Of a stretch of 64,000 bases of DNA, positions 21,930 to 35,279 are shown piece by piece. The DNA comes from Dicyema japonicum. Its lineage: Eukaryota; Animalia; Dicyemida. The position numbers were made by a program, and so were the translations under genes. The stretch is taken from assembly GCA_011109175.1 (NCBI GenBank), contig RDEW01000022.1:925339-989338 (forward strand), given 5' to 3'. The first letter of the stretch is position 1. Each line of letters opens with the position of its first letter. The notes beneath the pieces are model-generated. The model did not search any database, was not told the origin of the DNA, and saw only the letters and a program-made list of their open reading frames with translations.

Positions 21930-23670
21930 CCCGTCTAACTCATTCTTCTTTTCTTTGGGCCAATCCTGTTTGCCTTTATTAACGTGTTCACGTCTCTGCA
22001 TACCCCACATTCAGAGACTACACTAGGTTGACATTCCATTCCGTCTTCCTCATTAACAGGCATCGGTACTTAATGCCTTTTCTCAGCTTGCATGCTCTCC
22101 AAAATCTTCCGTAACACTAGCGTCTGTATATAAGCTTATACCCTTTTCTCACCTTGAGGGCATCCATGGGGTCTTTGGAGAATCTGGAGATAATTCCATC
22201 CCATGTGATGACCACAGGGATTATTTTCACCTTTGCGCGATGGATAATCTCAAGTTTGTTCACTAGGTGGTCATACTTGTGGAACTTTTCTACCTCGACC
22301 TGCTTGATGCAGTATGCGAAGTGATCCCAATTTTAACAAAAGTAGTCGTATTTGTTGTCTTATCATAAACGAACATGTCGGGTTTGTTATTCGCTACACG
22401 AATCTCCACAATTTATTTGCAACAACAGATTGTACTGAATGGGTCTTTAGTTTCTTAGTTTTTCTTTTTCCATATTGACTGCAAAAATGTAGATGTAAAC
22501 ATCTGACCACTTCATTATGAAGCCCGAGATATGAGCTATTCAGAATTCTCCCACACCTAGTTGCAAGGTGATCGACGGTCTTCTTAGCTGAGTTACAATT
22601 TCTTCACTTAGTTTCTCCGTTATCAAAAAACATGTTACGATACTGAATTAGACACAGCCTTTCCTCTATTATAGGGGAGTGATTTCCATGCACTAGCCAT
22701 CCAGAGGATTCAACAATATTCACTTCTGTGTCTTTAAACACTGAAAAAAATCGAGTGCAGCGGATTCTTCTCAATATTTCCCAATAGATATTCATGATGT
22801 ATTCCCATCAATTTCGACATTGTCAAGTCCTTCGCATTTTTAATGTTGTACTTTCGGGAAATGAATTCTAAGATAGTTACCATGTGTGTTTTTTTTGAAT
22901 TAATGACCCGTAGTTTCCTGCTTTTCTTGGCAGTAATTTTCCTTATGTTCCAAGTCATCATAAAATCGGAGGAGCATTCGTTCTGCTTGTCACTGACAGA
23001 CTCGATGCCACTTCCAAATTTATTTCTTGGTAGATAAAATCTTTGTTTGCCGGTTGCAAGTCTATGTGGCTATCCATAAGAATTCTGCGGATGTATTATA
23101 GATCTGTTCAAATCCTGACGCTTCGATTCAATCAATCCAATGTAATAGTTATAGAGTGATAGTCCATACTCGTTCATCCCCTTAAACAGGTTCACTGAGT
23201 TTAATTCCGTCTTTGTCAAAATTTTTGATCCTTAGATGTTCTTTATAGATTTTATAGATTTAATTGGCCTTAACTTTTTGATGACACACATACATCCACT
23301 TTTAGAATAAGATAAGTAATCCCATCATAGAACCAATCACAAGGCGTATATTCGTCATTTACAATCTTCTTAGACTCAAAAGGTATCCATGAACCGAAAT
23401 GAAGTTCTTGATAAAAAACTATGGACTCCATCACAACCAGATGCCTTCTAATTTGGAAGCATCTTAATTGTCTCGGTGATATCCTCCTCAGTGAAATCAG
23501 CAAAAGAGTTCTCTGATCCAGTCACTTTTTTGCTAATAAAGAAATTGCTCTTCATTCTCTCTTCCTTATTCCAATTACTAGTCCAAAATGGAAGACATTC
23601 CTCATTGAACTTGATGACCGCCTTATTCGGTGTTAAAAAATAAAATAATTCCAAATTCATATGTTACTTT
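21930..23670 (-). mobile_element. R4/Dong-like RLE non-LTR retrotransposon, degenerate, apparently lacking the RT core
   Basis: IKMLPN.KASGCDG, WFYDGITYLI, FYLPR.KFG, KTVDHLATRCGR..HNEVVRCLHL, NKPDMFVYD, EVEKFHKYD, IIPVVITWDG, AYIQ. Confidence 0.8.
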
Positions 23671-24989
23671 ACTAGCATATAATAGTTGTTGCATTATACA
23701 TTTGTTTCAGTCATTCAGAGTTCATCTCCATCATAAATCCTACAAAAATTCTCAATTTGATAACAGAATCTAAGAATTGTCATAGTGGTGTTGTGTGCTA
23801 CCAGGCGCTACTTGATTTATAATTTCTTTTTCTCTCCATGGCAGATCCACATTACTCAAAAAACATCCAATCACAGATATGCAACTCAAATGGGTATATT
23901 TAGTCATTCTACAGGGAGAGGGTTTGTCTAGTATACTTAATGTCTTTATCTCCCTAGACGGAGAAAGCATCTCCCAAGGTCGGATATTATTTCTCTTCCC
24001 ATACATTGGATAGGAAGAAACAATAAATGTACGAATTTTGTCCCCAGATAGAGAAAGAAAAGTAGATTCGCGTTGCTTTACGGATGTCTAACAAAAAAGT
24101 CTCCTACGAACTAAGTAAATCGAATTTAAAGAATAATGCATTAATATTGGAATTAACGAGTACTACCCTCCTGAATATTTGAACCATATACTAATATCAT
24201 TTTAGCCGGACAAATCATACAAAGTTGTTCATATCCACTCAGAAGTGCAATTGGAAAGATGGAAGGAAGGAAACTGATTAAACTGAAGAAGCATCTCCAA
24301 CAGAAAACTATAATTGCTTAACAGAGAGGAATCTTAGATTTGATGAGGAAACCAGAGATATGCCTAGTTACTATGTAAGTCTAAAAAGGGTGCACATGGA
24401 CGAATTGTTAAGAATATCGAAGAACTATCGACACCTCGTGGTTTTGCAAAATAAAGCTAGAAATAAATACTAACGCAAATATTTTACGGAGCTAAAATAA
24501 AGATCAAAAATCCGTTGAATTCAAAATTGTACTCGATGAATATGTTTAGTGATATTTAGAACGTGTACTGATGCTGTATGACTAATACATCGCACTAAGT
24601 GACACCGAACCAACTGAATATGTACTGATTGATCAAAACATACGAGAATCCTTGTGCGCTATCAAATAACCTGATAAAAGAGAACAAAGACTTTTTATGC
24701 CGAAAAACCAACTAGGAAGGGATTGGAATCTACTACAAAAAGGTGACAGATGCTAATATTACTAAGAGACCTTGAATAGAAGTCGAGTTACTGTTTGTTA
24801 AATTCAGGGATTCTGCGGTTCATCAAATCAACTAAAACACAAATAACCTTTATCTTAGAATAATTACGCTGAAGATATAGAGTTCAAGCACATTATATTC
24901 TCAGCCTCGTCGAATTTAAAGAACATAAAAAACTGTCCAATTGAATTCAAACAAAAAACAATTACACGGAGTTTTATCAAGTTGTCTAG

Positions 24990-25955
24990 ATCGTTCAATC
25001 AACGATCTTACTTTTCAAATATTACTAAAATATAAAAAATAAAATAATTATCAAATATTTGATTTTCGCAATTAACAAATAAATAAAATAAATTGTAATT
25101 AATTAACACTATCCAAGCTGAATTCTCCTCTTCTTCGGGCATTGGCCCTTGTATCACCCTCACTGTTCCCCTCGTATACCACTTGAGAAAGTAAATCACT
25201 AGACAAGACAGCTGTTTTTCTTGGTTCCTCTTTGACGTTACCTCCGAGTTCAGATTCTCTTGAGATAAAATGATTAGTCACTCTTGTATCTTCATGATCA
25301 TAGTTATCAACTTTCAGTCCATGTCTATACTCGACTATCATGCTCTCTAAAATTTTTTTAATCGTCATTGATTGGATGTACGCCCTTGTAGAGACATCAA
25401 TGTTGAGTCTTTCCATTTAGGACTTGTAGTACTTTGTTACTACTCCATCCCATGTCAAAACAATCGGAATTATTGTCACCTTGGCCTTGTGAATTTGTGC
25501 TAGTTCTCCTGCCAGAAGGTCGTATTTGTGGAGTTTTTCCACTTCAACATGTTTTAGCAAATCTTAGGAAGTGATCCTACTTCTATTAGTATTATTTCGT
25601 TTTTGGATTTATCGTGTACGAAAATACCAGGTTTGATATTTTTAACTTGCATATCCGTTTGTAGTCTTGTATCGACTCGTATTTCAACTTTACTGTTTGA
25701 CACAATCGATTGGACTGATGCGTCTTTACCCTCTTGGTTCTTTTTATTCCAAATTGACGACACAGTTGTAGGTGCATACATCTTACAACTTCGTTATGTC
25801 ACCGCATATACGCAAGCATCGTGTATCCAGATGATCCATACTCTTTTTGGCTATACCACAATGACTGCAATTTGCTTTCATCTCTTCAAAGAACAGATTC
25901 AGATCCTGTATCCTGCAGTACATTGCTTCCGACCCTGGACTGTTGTTTCCCCTAG
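24990..25955 (-). mobile_element. Second, 5'-truncated copy of the same R4/Dong-like family
   Basis: GNNSPGSEA, EIRVDTRLQTD..NIKP.IFVHD, IILIEVG, EKLHKYDLLAGEL, IIPIVLTWDG, RAYIQS..KKILES. Confidence 0.8.
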
Positions 25956-26002
25956 ATAATAAATTTATATTTATAAAAATATTATAAAGTCAATTTTTAA
26001 TA

Positions 26003-26972
26003 CAGTAAGCCCTCATTATTTTAAAAAAAAAAAAGGGAATAAATTTACTGATTTCATATATATGTAAATATAAGAATCACTCCATTGTCCTTGTCAACAT
26101 TGTAATTATCACAATAAGATTTCGTTCTCTTCGAGCATTTCTGTTTAAAATAAGCCTTTTTCTTAATAATGCTTAAAGTTCTTGATAATGTCTGAATGGT
26201 TGAAGATGAGCTTCGTGTATTTTGGAAGGAAAAAAATTTTAATTTTCAAAATATTTCGTTAAAACGTGGCTTGGAGTATTATCTATCAGTAAAAAAGAAG
26301 TATTATCCTTAACAATTTAATTCATCACTTTAGTTGATAGGCAACTCAAGTCGATTATATCGGGGACCACTATTGATTGATGTTTGTGTTTTAATAATTA
26401 TATTTAATTCATACTAAAATCACTGATGATAATATTATAAAGTTCTATTGAATTGGAGCCGCTTGGACTTGACCGGACGGAACCACTCTCTTCCCATGGG
26501 AGAGTGGTATATACCTTGCCTGGGACGGCACCTGTGTAGATAGTCACTCTCTCCCCAACCTTTCAACGACAGCAACTGACTCAGGCTCTACTGCGGATTC
26601 ATTTTCGAACCAGCAAGAGTCGAAACGACAGGAATCATTGGAAGCAGACCCTGCTAAACAGGATCGGCTCGCTCATCGCGAAGAAGAAAAACGATAGGAG
26701 TGAAAGGAGCTGGCTCATTGAGCGCATTTCCTTGCAAATCGTCAGGGAAATGCGTTTTCAATTATGAGAGCAGCCAGCAGTTGTTTACTGTTAGTTTTTG
26801 CATTAAATAAAATTTGGTCATTTAAAAAAAGTTCTATGTCATTCAAACCCTTTTATAAAATAATTTTCTTTTTTTTGCATAATAAATAATTTTCTTATTC
26901 AAAAACTTTTAAATAACAAAAGGTTTATTTTTTAATGTTCCATTTGCATGGAATCTTAATGGGGGTTTACTG
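26003..26972. mobile_element. Non-autonomous pogo-like DNA transposon with TA TSD, interrupted by a CRE fragment
   Basis: TA|CAGTAAGCCCTCATTA at the left end and the reverse complement TA|CAGTAAACCCCCATTA at the right end. Internal EENEIL.CDNYNVD resembles the pogo remnant at ~35170. Confidence 0.6.
26455..26800 (+). mobile_element. CRE-clade RLE retrotransposon 3' fragment
   Basis: EPLGLDR...W.SG..LAWDGTCVDS...VET.G...ERISLQIVR(G)NAFSIM matches the CRE-type PD-(D/E)xK region. Confidence 0.75.
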
Positions 26973-27699
26973 TATTTGTTTTGGTGGATAATCATCAGAA
27001 TAGAGGGAAAATATTATACGGTTTTCGGAATTGCTTTTCCGGAGCATCGGGCTAACGATCATGAGAACTCCCAATGCGTGCTCAATTCCTGCAGGCCTTA
27101 ATGAACTTCGTCTTAACAACTAACTTGATTTACTAATATCAAAGTTAACATACGTAAAATGCAAATGTGAGTTAAGATCAGTCCAACAGTTATAGATTAG
27201 AGGCTGGGATCTGCTTAGTGGTAGATTGTATTAAACATAACGATGATCTTCGGTTAGATTCTCCCGCTGGGTAGTCGGTCAGGGTTCTTTGCCTATGCTC
27301 TGTCCTTTCATCATTCGTTAAATTATACTGCGTCATGTGATCCCTGTTTCAGGAAATGACCAATGAAAGTACTACATAAGAAGATCATTGGCTCTCCCCC
27401 ACTTCACTGGAATTTCTCCTGAAGTTGTTTCCACAACCTTGTTTCCGAATCCTCACAACGATTACTAGAACACATCTGACTAGTCGTGACTTATTTCTCA
27501 GTGTATTCCTCAGTGTATCGGAGGTTAATAAAGTTGTTTCAATGAATTCCAGAATGTTCTAGAACTTTCAGATAAAAATAATTAAAATTAAATACGAAAA
27601 TCAATAAAAAGCTCAGTTAAAATTCGTTTTTCTTTCGCGAGTACAAGTCAAGAAGATATAGCAACAACCCAAGCACAACGCAAATAATAATTGCCCCAA

Positions 27700-29192
27700 T
27701 TATGTAATTTTGGTTATAAATCTACAAATCCATAAAACTGGAAAAAAACTACAATTGATGTGATCTCTTCCTTCAAGTCTGTGATATTTTGCCTCAGGTC
27801 ATCAATTGATGCGATCTCTGCCTCCATGCTCGTGATATTTTGCTCAAACGCGTCCATTTCACATTTCAGCCGATTTACCTGTTCGTCGACCTACGACTCA
27901 GGACACTCACAAATACAAGAGCCAGTCTCCTGCTCATCTTATTCATCCATTTGCTACTCCTTCCGACGAATTTTCCATTTTCCTTGGTAAAATACACCGT
28001 TATTTCGTCGAGATAGCTATTTGGTTAAGCAAGACCATACGCCTCAGTCAACGCCACGGAATCCTGCAATTCCTTTACGTTTTCGTTCAATTTAAGCAAC
28101 GAGGCCATCTCCACTAGACGATAACTTGAAACCGAATCTCCCTCAGAGTTTATGTTCAGTGACGAGTTTCGTGGAGCTTGGACTAAATTAGGCATGAATA
28201 CTAGTATTTAGGCCGTAGCTTTCTGGGGGACTCATTTTGGTCCACAAGTGATTTTACCCCTTCTGTGGTATTCACATAAAAGTTTTTAGTGAACAGATAT
28301 ATCCCGGCCAGACAGATCCCTATTAGGAGTCACTTGAACCAACCACCGTTGGAGTTCACATCTTCTTTATTCAACGCATCGGTTATGCTAAGAGATTTGG
28401 AGTTCTCAGCATCCCTGACGTAAATGTAGAGAAGTTCGTCTTCTTTGTATCCATAAACCCTAAAATAGAATGGGGGATTTACTTAAAGAAGGTCAAAGGG
28501 CAGTAGAGATGTCTTCCTTCGTGGTTCAGGTACTCGATCATGACAAATCTGGCTAGCAAGTCAGTTTGGATTTGAAATTTCCACTCACTGCTCTTATTGG
28601 AGCTATTTTGAGCAATTTCCATATCGGAGACAAATGTCCAATTCTGTGAAGGGGGATAGCTTGAATATGATACAAGCATTTATACTTTGGACTGGCTGAA
28701 AGTCTGATGTGCCTTGGATAGGAAGAAAATAGCTCGAAATTGGCGATTTTCACCAATTTTATGTCAATTGGCTGACACAGCTGTATAATAAACCTAATTA
28801 AGGCTCAGACCCATATTTACCATTTTCTCACGTCACATGGGTTGTTAGCGTAGGAATCCCTATCCTCGTTGAGAATCGCCTGGGGATTGATAACTTCTGG
28901 GTTGCTTGAGACGACCCTTGCTCCACAAGACTGTGACGCGTAGTTCGTATCAATTTTCAGATCAATAAAGGTTTCTGACATTCCATCGACTCCCACTCCT
29001 ACTACTGATCAGAGACCACCAACCACGCTTCCTGTTATTTTCAGCTTTGGAGTTTTTCCACTGGGAAAAGGTTGGGATTTGATTTTGATTTATTTCAGAG
29101 ACATTTTTGGACTAAAAATAAATAATCAACTAAAATGATACATTTAGTCTAACAATCCACGATAGAGCTAAAAACAGTACGAAAACAGCCAT
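27700..29192 (-). CDS. SUCO: SUN-domain ossification factor (SUCO/Slp1-type) with C-terminal coiled coil
   Basis: Signal-like start MAVFVLFLALSW, IPTFSQWK, NYASQSCGARVVSSNPE, NPCDVRKWFIIQLCQPI, IANFELFSS, EYLNHEGRHLYCPLT. The 3' end coordinate is approximate. Confidence 0.85.
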
Positions 29193-29838
29193 TAGCAACA
29201 CTAAATTTGTGTTAATGATAAAAATGGCAATTTTTGTGAGCCCAAAAGTCTATTATTTTTTTTGAAATTAAATGTTAAAAATTATTATTATTCTTTAATA
29301 ATATTACTAAATAATAATAATCGTCAAATAATATTAATAAAAAATAATTATCATTGAAAACAAGAAATGATCTTTTATTGAGGTCAAATATGTTAAGAAG
29401 AGCCAATTTTTGATATTAATAAAATTAAAAATAAATTATCTGCAAAAAATATATTGTTTAGACAAATTGTTAATAAAAATTGATTACTCCAATTCATGTC
29501 GTTGTGGTGCTGCCTGCTGCTGACTCTATAGTGAAATGCCTTAAACGGTTTGCTTTTATTAAATAAATATATATTTAAGATAAAAATTGCAAATGTTGAT
29601 TATTTTGGTGTTATTAATCATTTTCTATGTTACCAGAATTATAATCCCCCGTCAATGCCTGGCCTTACATAGATTAAGCTATTTTATAAAATAAATTTGA
29701 TAAATAATTAACAGGCAAATTATTAATTATTTATATAAATATAAAATATATATTTAATTGTATTTTAGACGTGTTGACAATGGCTAACCATCCATATTAT
29801 AACTATAAAACAATAATTACTCCTGTTCTTTGTTGGTC

Positions 29839-30284
29839 ATGGTTCGTTCCTTTTTTATTTGTAGGGAATTGGAAAATCAGGGAAGTCTAAAGCTAAACCT
29901 GTCTCACGTTCAGTAAAGGCTGGATTAATTGTATTGATCCCGTTTGACTTGTTCTCTAGTTTCCCGTTGGAAAGGTCCATAACATGATGAAGTCTCACTG
30001 TCCAGGAAAGACACGTGTTGGTGTTACTTGTGCTGTCTACATTTGTGCCGTTCTCGAATACCTGACTGCAGAAGTCCTTGAATTGGCAGGAAATGCTACA
30101 AAGGAAATGAAGGCTCGGCGTGTAACCCCCGACACTTGCTACTCGCCATAAGAGGGGACGAGGAATTGGACACACTCATAAAGGCAACTATATCTGGAGG
30201 AGGTTCTATTGGTGTTTATTGTTAGGTGTCATGCCACAAGTCCACAGATTCGTTATTCCTCAAGAAAAACCTTGTCTTGAGTAA
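29839..30284 (+). CDS. H2AZ: Histone H2A.Z (H2A.V)-like variant, divergent
   Basis: [56 protein letters not shown]. Introns at 29842-29864, 29931-29959 and 30203-30225. One -1 frameshift in a C-run at ~30126. Confidence 0.92.
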
Positions 30285-30389
30285 TCTCGTTGTTCATGAT
30301 CTCTTTCCTTTTAATTAATTAACCTTAACTTAAAATAAGGTAGATTAGTCTTTGTATTGTCCTTTTCTAATGTTACCATACAAGATGAT

Positions 30390-31090
30390 GTCTTAACAAT
30401 CTATTACGCAATAATTTGTTGAGGGCTTTCTGAGTCGGACTCGAGTCTGTTTTTGAGGGAGGGAGACATTTGAAATCTCGTCGTTTCCAATCACCCACCA
30501 GGACTGAGGTGAAAGTGGGGGATCTCTGAGAGCGACACTCTTGGTAATGCATCTCATAATAGTTGTCAGTCTCATGTGTGTTTGGGAAGCTGGAGTTGGG
30601 AATTTAAATTATTTTTGTCACTGAAGCCCTCAAGGTAATAAAGTGAGAATTTATTGAACATTAAAAAATTACGACTAATAACATTATTCTAGTCAAATAA
30701 CATCAAAGAAATACAAACTCCGCAGTTTCAGTCTGTTACTATCCAGTACTGTTCTAAGAATAATGGGTTTATAAAAAAATGTGTTTTCAGAGCACATATA
30801 GAGAGCACCCGGATAAACTAATATACCGTTGAATCTGCTGGCCTTAATAATGCTTTTTCTTATAGGGAGATGTGGTTTGGAGTAATCAAAGGTTTTAAAG
30901 ATAGATAGTTCATTTGGAAGTTTGTAAAGTATCTTATCTCGATAGATATTGTCAGAAGAAACATCCTTGTCATTCACTTAGTAGAGTGAATTGCACTTGT
31001 TTTTCATTCCGTAAACTAATAAATGAAAGACTGGTTGGTTCCGAGAACGTATCTCGTTGGCAATTGTTAGGGGAAATAGCATGGCCATTC
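30390..31090 (-). CDS. Putative multi-exon gene of unknown function
   Basis: Open exons of 94 aa (30693-30977) and ~70 aa (30375-30600) downstream of an AT island. Weak resemblance to a PH/GRAM-like fold only. Confidence 0.28.
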
Positions 31091-32090
31091 TGATGCCTTA
31101 ATTTAATTTTTATTTATTTGATAATAAAATTTTTTTTTTTTAAAAAAAATAAATAAATGAAGAATCTGCTATTCTTTTTGTGAGCGGGAAAATATTCAAA
31201 TTAATAAGTTATTTAGTGAATGAGTAAATGACATTTTTGATATGATTGTCCCGCGATTTCAAAAACTAGATTTCCCTCTTCCATTAGTGTTGGCTGAACT
31301 TAGTGTGACATTGAAAGGTTTCTATGTTTCTGCGGCTCTGAATTGGATACATTAGCTGAACAAATTTATTTAGCTTGAGTTCAGGATTTCCCAAATGTTT
31401 CCAAAAAATTCAAAAACAGGTGAGAGTGACATAATATCAGCTAAAGGGCAGCCCAGCGAGGGAAAGCGCTAAGACATTTCAAGTTGATTTTAGTTCCTCA
31501 AATTTTAGTTCCTTCCAATATTAGAGGATCGCCCTGAAAAAGACAGAAGATTAAACTTAACATTGAAATAAAATGTAATTTCAATAAATAATTAGAAATG
31601 GCTGGTTGGATTGAGAGTCACTCTTCATAGTCTCACATCAGGTTCTCCTCCTCTTGAACCAGCCAAACATTCAACCTTCTTACTGAATGGCCGAGGGATG
31701 GAGCCTAAAACTTTCGATGTCATTACAGATGTTAGCTGGAACAACCATTGACGGGGTTAAATTGCTTGAAGGATGATGTAGTGACGTATTTCTATTACAC
31801 GTTATGCCTCTTCTCAAGATAAATGAACCTCTCGTCCCCTTTTCGTGTGTATGAAGAAATAATGGTTGTGAACTAGGGGAGAGTCACAGCAATGCTCGTT
31901 AATATCAAGTCATCCAAAAAAATTAAGGGACCATGTCAGCTTTGAGGAGGAATAAAAAATTCATCACTTGACTACTCTGCTTATTTACCCGCGGTATCCA
32001 AGTAAAGGAGTTATTCTCGAACGTTCTAGTAGTAACACTCAAACAAAAATATCACAAATAAAAACTATCAAACAAGAAATCAACCAAAAA

Positions 32091-33455
32091 TCAATCCCCA
32101 CCGTCCAATTTGACGTCAATTCCAACAACCTGTTCGACATTAGTGAAGCCATCATTCCTGTCAAAATGAACCATAATTCAAACAAAATGAGACTTTCTAA
32201 CTCCCTCTTAATGGTCTCGACAACAGGATGACCAAAAGACCAAGGCGGTGTGGATTTGTACTAGACTTGCCCCATGTCTGATTCTCTCATAGGCGTCTCG
32301 GCCAGTCATAATGCCCCCAACTCCAATCAGCTTGATTTTCCCCCAACCAGACGGTACATTTCAGTTAACGCCTTCAAAGATAATTGAGAAAGTGGTCTCC
32401 CGCTGAGACCACCAGCTTGTTCCCAATTCTTATTTCCCTTTATTTTATCAGGCCTAGTCTTTGTGGTATTTGACACGATAATAGCATCGATCTATCGATT
32501 TCCTGCGGGCAATTAGAGTACCTTTGTTCTCATGGCGATTTCCGAGACTTCGACGAGTTCAGCTTTCGTCAAATCGGGGGATATTTTGAGACACACTGGA
32601 ATTTTGTGACCATCACAAAGACGGTCGCGTTCTTTCAAAACCTGAAATTTTAGAAAAAATGATATTCCTGACTAATCAAGGAACCAATCCTCAAATAAAC
32701 GTAAATTCAATCAACCCTCGAACCTCAGTCAATACGACCTCCAAATTGTCGGGACCGGAGGGGTTCGTCACGTTGGGACATGAAACGTTGAAGACTATAT
32801 AATCGGCGGAATGAGCGAACTTCCGAAAGCAGTAAATAAAGTCGGTCCCCATATCTGACTCGACCTCGTTATTTGAGGCGACGTTGACCCCAACGATTCC
32901 ATTTTCTAAAAAATCACGGAATTATGACTTTTTGTACGATCTAATCGACCACAAACACTTTGTGCCCCATCGTTGTTAAGTCCATACCCAAGTCGGTAGA
33001 TCAATATACCTGTTTATGACCCCCTTAGATTTTTCTAGCCTAAAAACACGTGGTCTTGTGTTTCCCTTTTGTGGAATGGGAGTTACACTGCCTACCTCGA
33101 CGAATGAAAACCCCAAATTCAAGAGTCCTTCCACAGCCTCTCCGTTTTTGTCAAAGCCGGCTGCCAGGCCGAGTGGACTGTCAAATTCAAGACCCCACAT
33201 TGAGGTTTTCTTTATAAACCCCCTAATTTACCCCAAATCAACCAGGGTTTCACGGGGAACGGATTTTTGACTTCCAAACAATCCGGATGACGCCAATTTT
33301 ATAGCAATTCTGTGACTCGTCTCCGGATTCAGTGTTTTCCTTATTGAAGGCATTAATATGGATTCATAGAACTTCGCATTACTCGTGTATATTCCATGTA
33401 GACAGAACATCCCGATAGCACCCCCAGCGACAACCCACAACGACCTTTTTGACAT
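32091..33455 (-). CDS. DHODH: Dihydroorotate dehydrogenase, class 2 (mitochondrial, quinone-linked)
   Basis: N-terminal TM anchor, [73 protein letters not shown]. Multi-exon. Confidence 0.93.
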
Positions 33456-33554
33456 TGACTGAAAATCTATTTTAAATTTAAAATGTGCCCACAAACAAAT
33501 AAAAATTAAATTTAAAAATTAAATTTGTGAAAATTAAAATAAATTTGCAATACT

Positions 33555-33790
33555 CCAAAAAGTCCCCTTGCAACCGCTGGAGCCTGTTCGATCGTAGAGA
33601 AGGCCGAGAGGTTGAAACGGAAGTACCCGGTCCTACCCAAGGATTTTTTGTTTGTTCCAGTCGCTGTTGAGACGTCTAGTTCCCTTGACCTCTGAAGCTG
33701 GAATTCTACACGATCAGAAGATCCCCATGAGCGCTGCGAATCTTGCTCGCCAACATGAGAATTACAAAGAAATATTGCGCTATAACTCAA
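33555..33790 (+). mobile_element. CRE-clade retrotransposon 3' fragment abutting the DHODH promoter island
   Basis: AGACSIVEKAERLKRKYPVLPKDFLFVPVAVETS resembles AGAAAxxAExxKxxKYxxLxxxYxFVPxAVET. Confidence 0.6.
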
Positions 33791-33945
33791 TTAAAAACTT
33801 GTAAAAAGTTAAAATTCCCAGATCTTGATTAAAAATTGGTAGAATGGATGGATTCAATAGAATCGAAAGGTACACTGATTATTAGTGCAATTTTTATGGT
33901 TAACTAAAATTTCAAAAATAGCATTTATGGCATCTAAAAATGAAC

Positions 33946-35230
33946 TACAGTAATCCCCCTTTATCCGAACTTCAATAATCCGAAATTTTTGATGAGTCAA
34001 CAAAATTTTAACAAGTTTCCATACAAACAGTGTTCAATGAACCGAAACTTCATATTCCACGTTAACGTCATTTGACGGACCCCCCATTGCCGGACCGTAT
34101 TTCACATTTTTTTAATAAAAGACCAGGTTAAAGGTACATTTTATTCTACAAAAAGCATAAATTAATCAAAGTATTAAGCGGTGGATAACATCAACCTCAT
34201 CCTCAAATGGCGAATTTGGAAGATACGTCAATGTTATTAAAAAATTGTATTCAATACAATTTTACTATTCATAAAAACAAGAGATAGATTCTATTTTATA
34301 TTTTGATGGGTTCAACCTACCCGCAAAATCCAGAGTCATGTGAGCGCATTGTTTATAATGAAGAAGACAACCTTACTATAGAACGCGTAAAGGCATACGA
34401 CAATCTACAAATTTATATGTCTAAAAGAAGACGGTGAAATTTGACGAAAAGGAGATCAAAGTTGGAGATTGTGTTTTGCTTCGTCATGACGAAGATGCCA
34501 AAAAGCAAAATAGAAAATTCCTGCAATTTGAGTAATTGAATGTAACAAAATACATCATTATTTGTGGGGAGAATGAAAATATCACATTACACAGAGATTG
34601 AAATATTAAAAATAAATGAATAAAGTGAATTATTTTCGACTTAAAATACATAGTTTTTTTTTAGGAAATTAGTGAATTAATGAAGTGGTCCGGCAAATGG
34701 CGGGTCCAGTATTTGAAGCTCACAATCCGAAAGACATTTATTAAAAATTTATGATTAATTTATTTTGTATTTATTTACATTTAAATTAATTTAATTTTTA
34801 AATTTAAATCTTACAGTGTCACATGGTTAGAAAGAGCAATAAAAAAATACATCAAAAATAAAAAGTCAAGAACACTATAGCTCTTTGTGCTAATGCAACT
34901 GGAACAGTAAAAATTAATCCTTTTGTTATTGGGATTAGTAAAAGACCAAGATGTTTAAAAGGTTTTGATTTTGAAAAATATTGTATTTTTTAAAATGTTA
35001 AGGAAAAAAATTCTTTTACTGATTGATAATGCTCTACGTTTTGACGAACTTTTTTTCAAATTGAAATTTTATTCCATCCAAAAAACTCAACTGCTCATCT
35101 TCAACCAATTTATTCAAGTATAATCAAGAACTAAAAGAGAAGAAACAACTCAAACATAAATACTGGACGAGAACGAAATAGTCATTCTTTGTGAAGATTA
35201 TAATGTCGACGAGGAAACTATTGAAGCTGA
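33946..35230 (+). mobile_element. pogo/Tigger element remnant (5' TIR plus DDE_1 fragments)
   Basis: TA|CAGTAATCCCCCTTTATCCGAA terminus; TIALCANATGTVKINPFVIGISKRPRCLKG, KILLLIDNA, NSTAHLQP. Confidence 0.65.
34060..34724 (+). mobile_element. Possible Ginger-like (integrase-type) element nested in the pogo copy
   Basis: Imperfect inverted ends containing GGACCC.CCATT.GCCGGACC, right end terminating in ACA. Internal STYPQNPESCER resembles integrase SxYHPQxxGxxER, plus a KVGDCVLL motif. Confidence 0.4.
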
Positions 35231-35279
35231 AAATTAGAGATTATTAAAGTGTCGTTATTGATTGATAATGTGTCATAAT

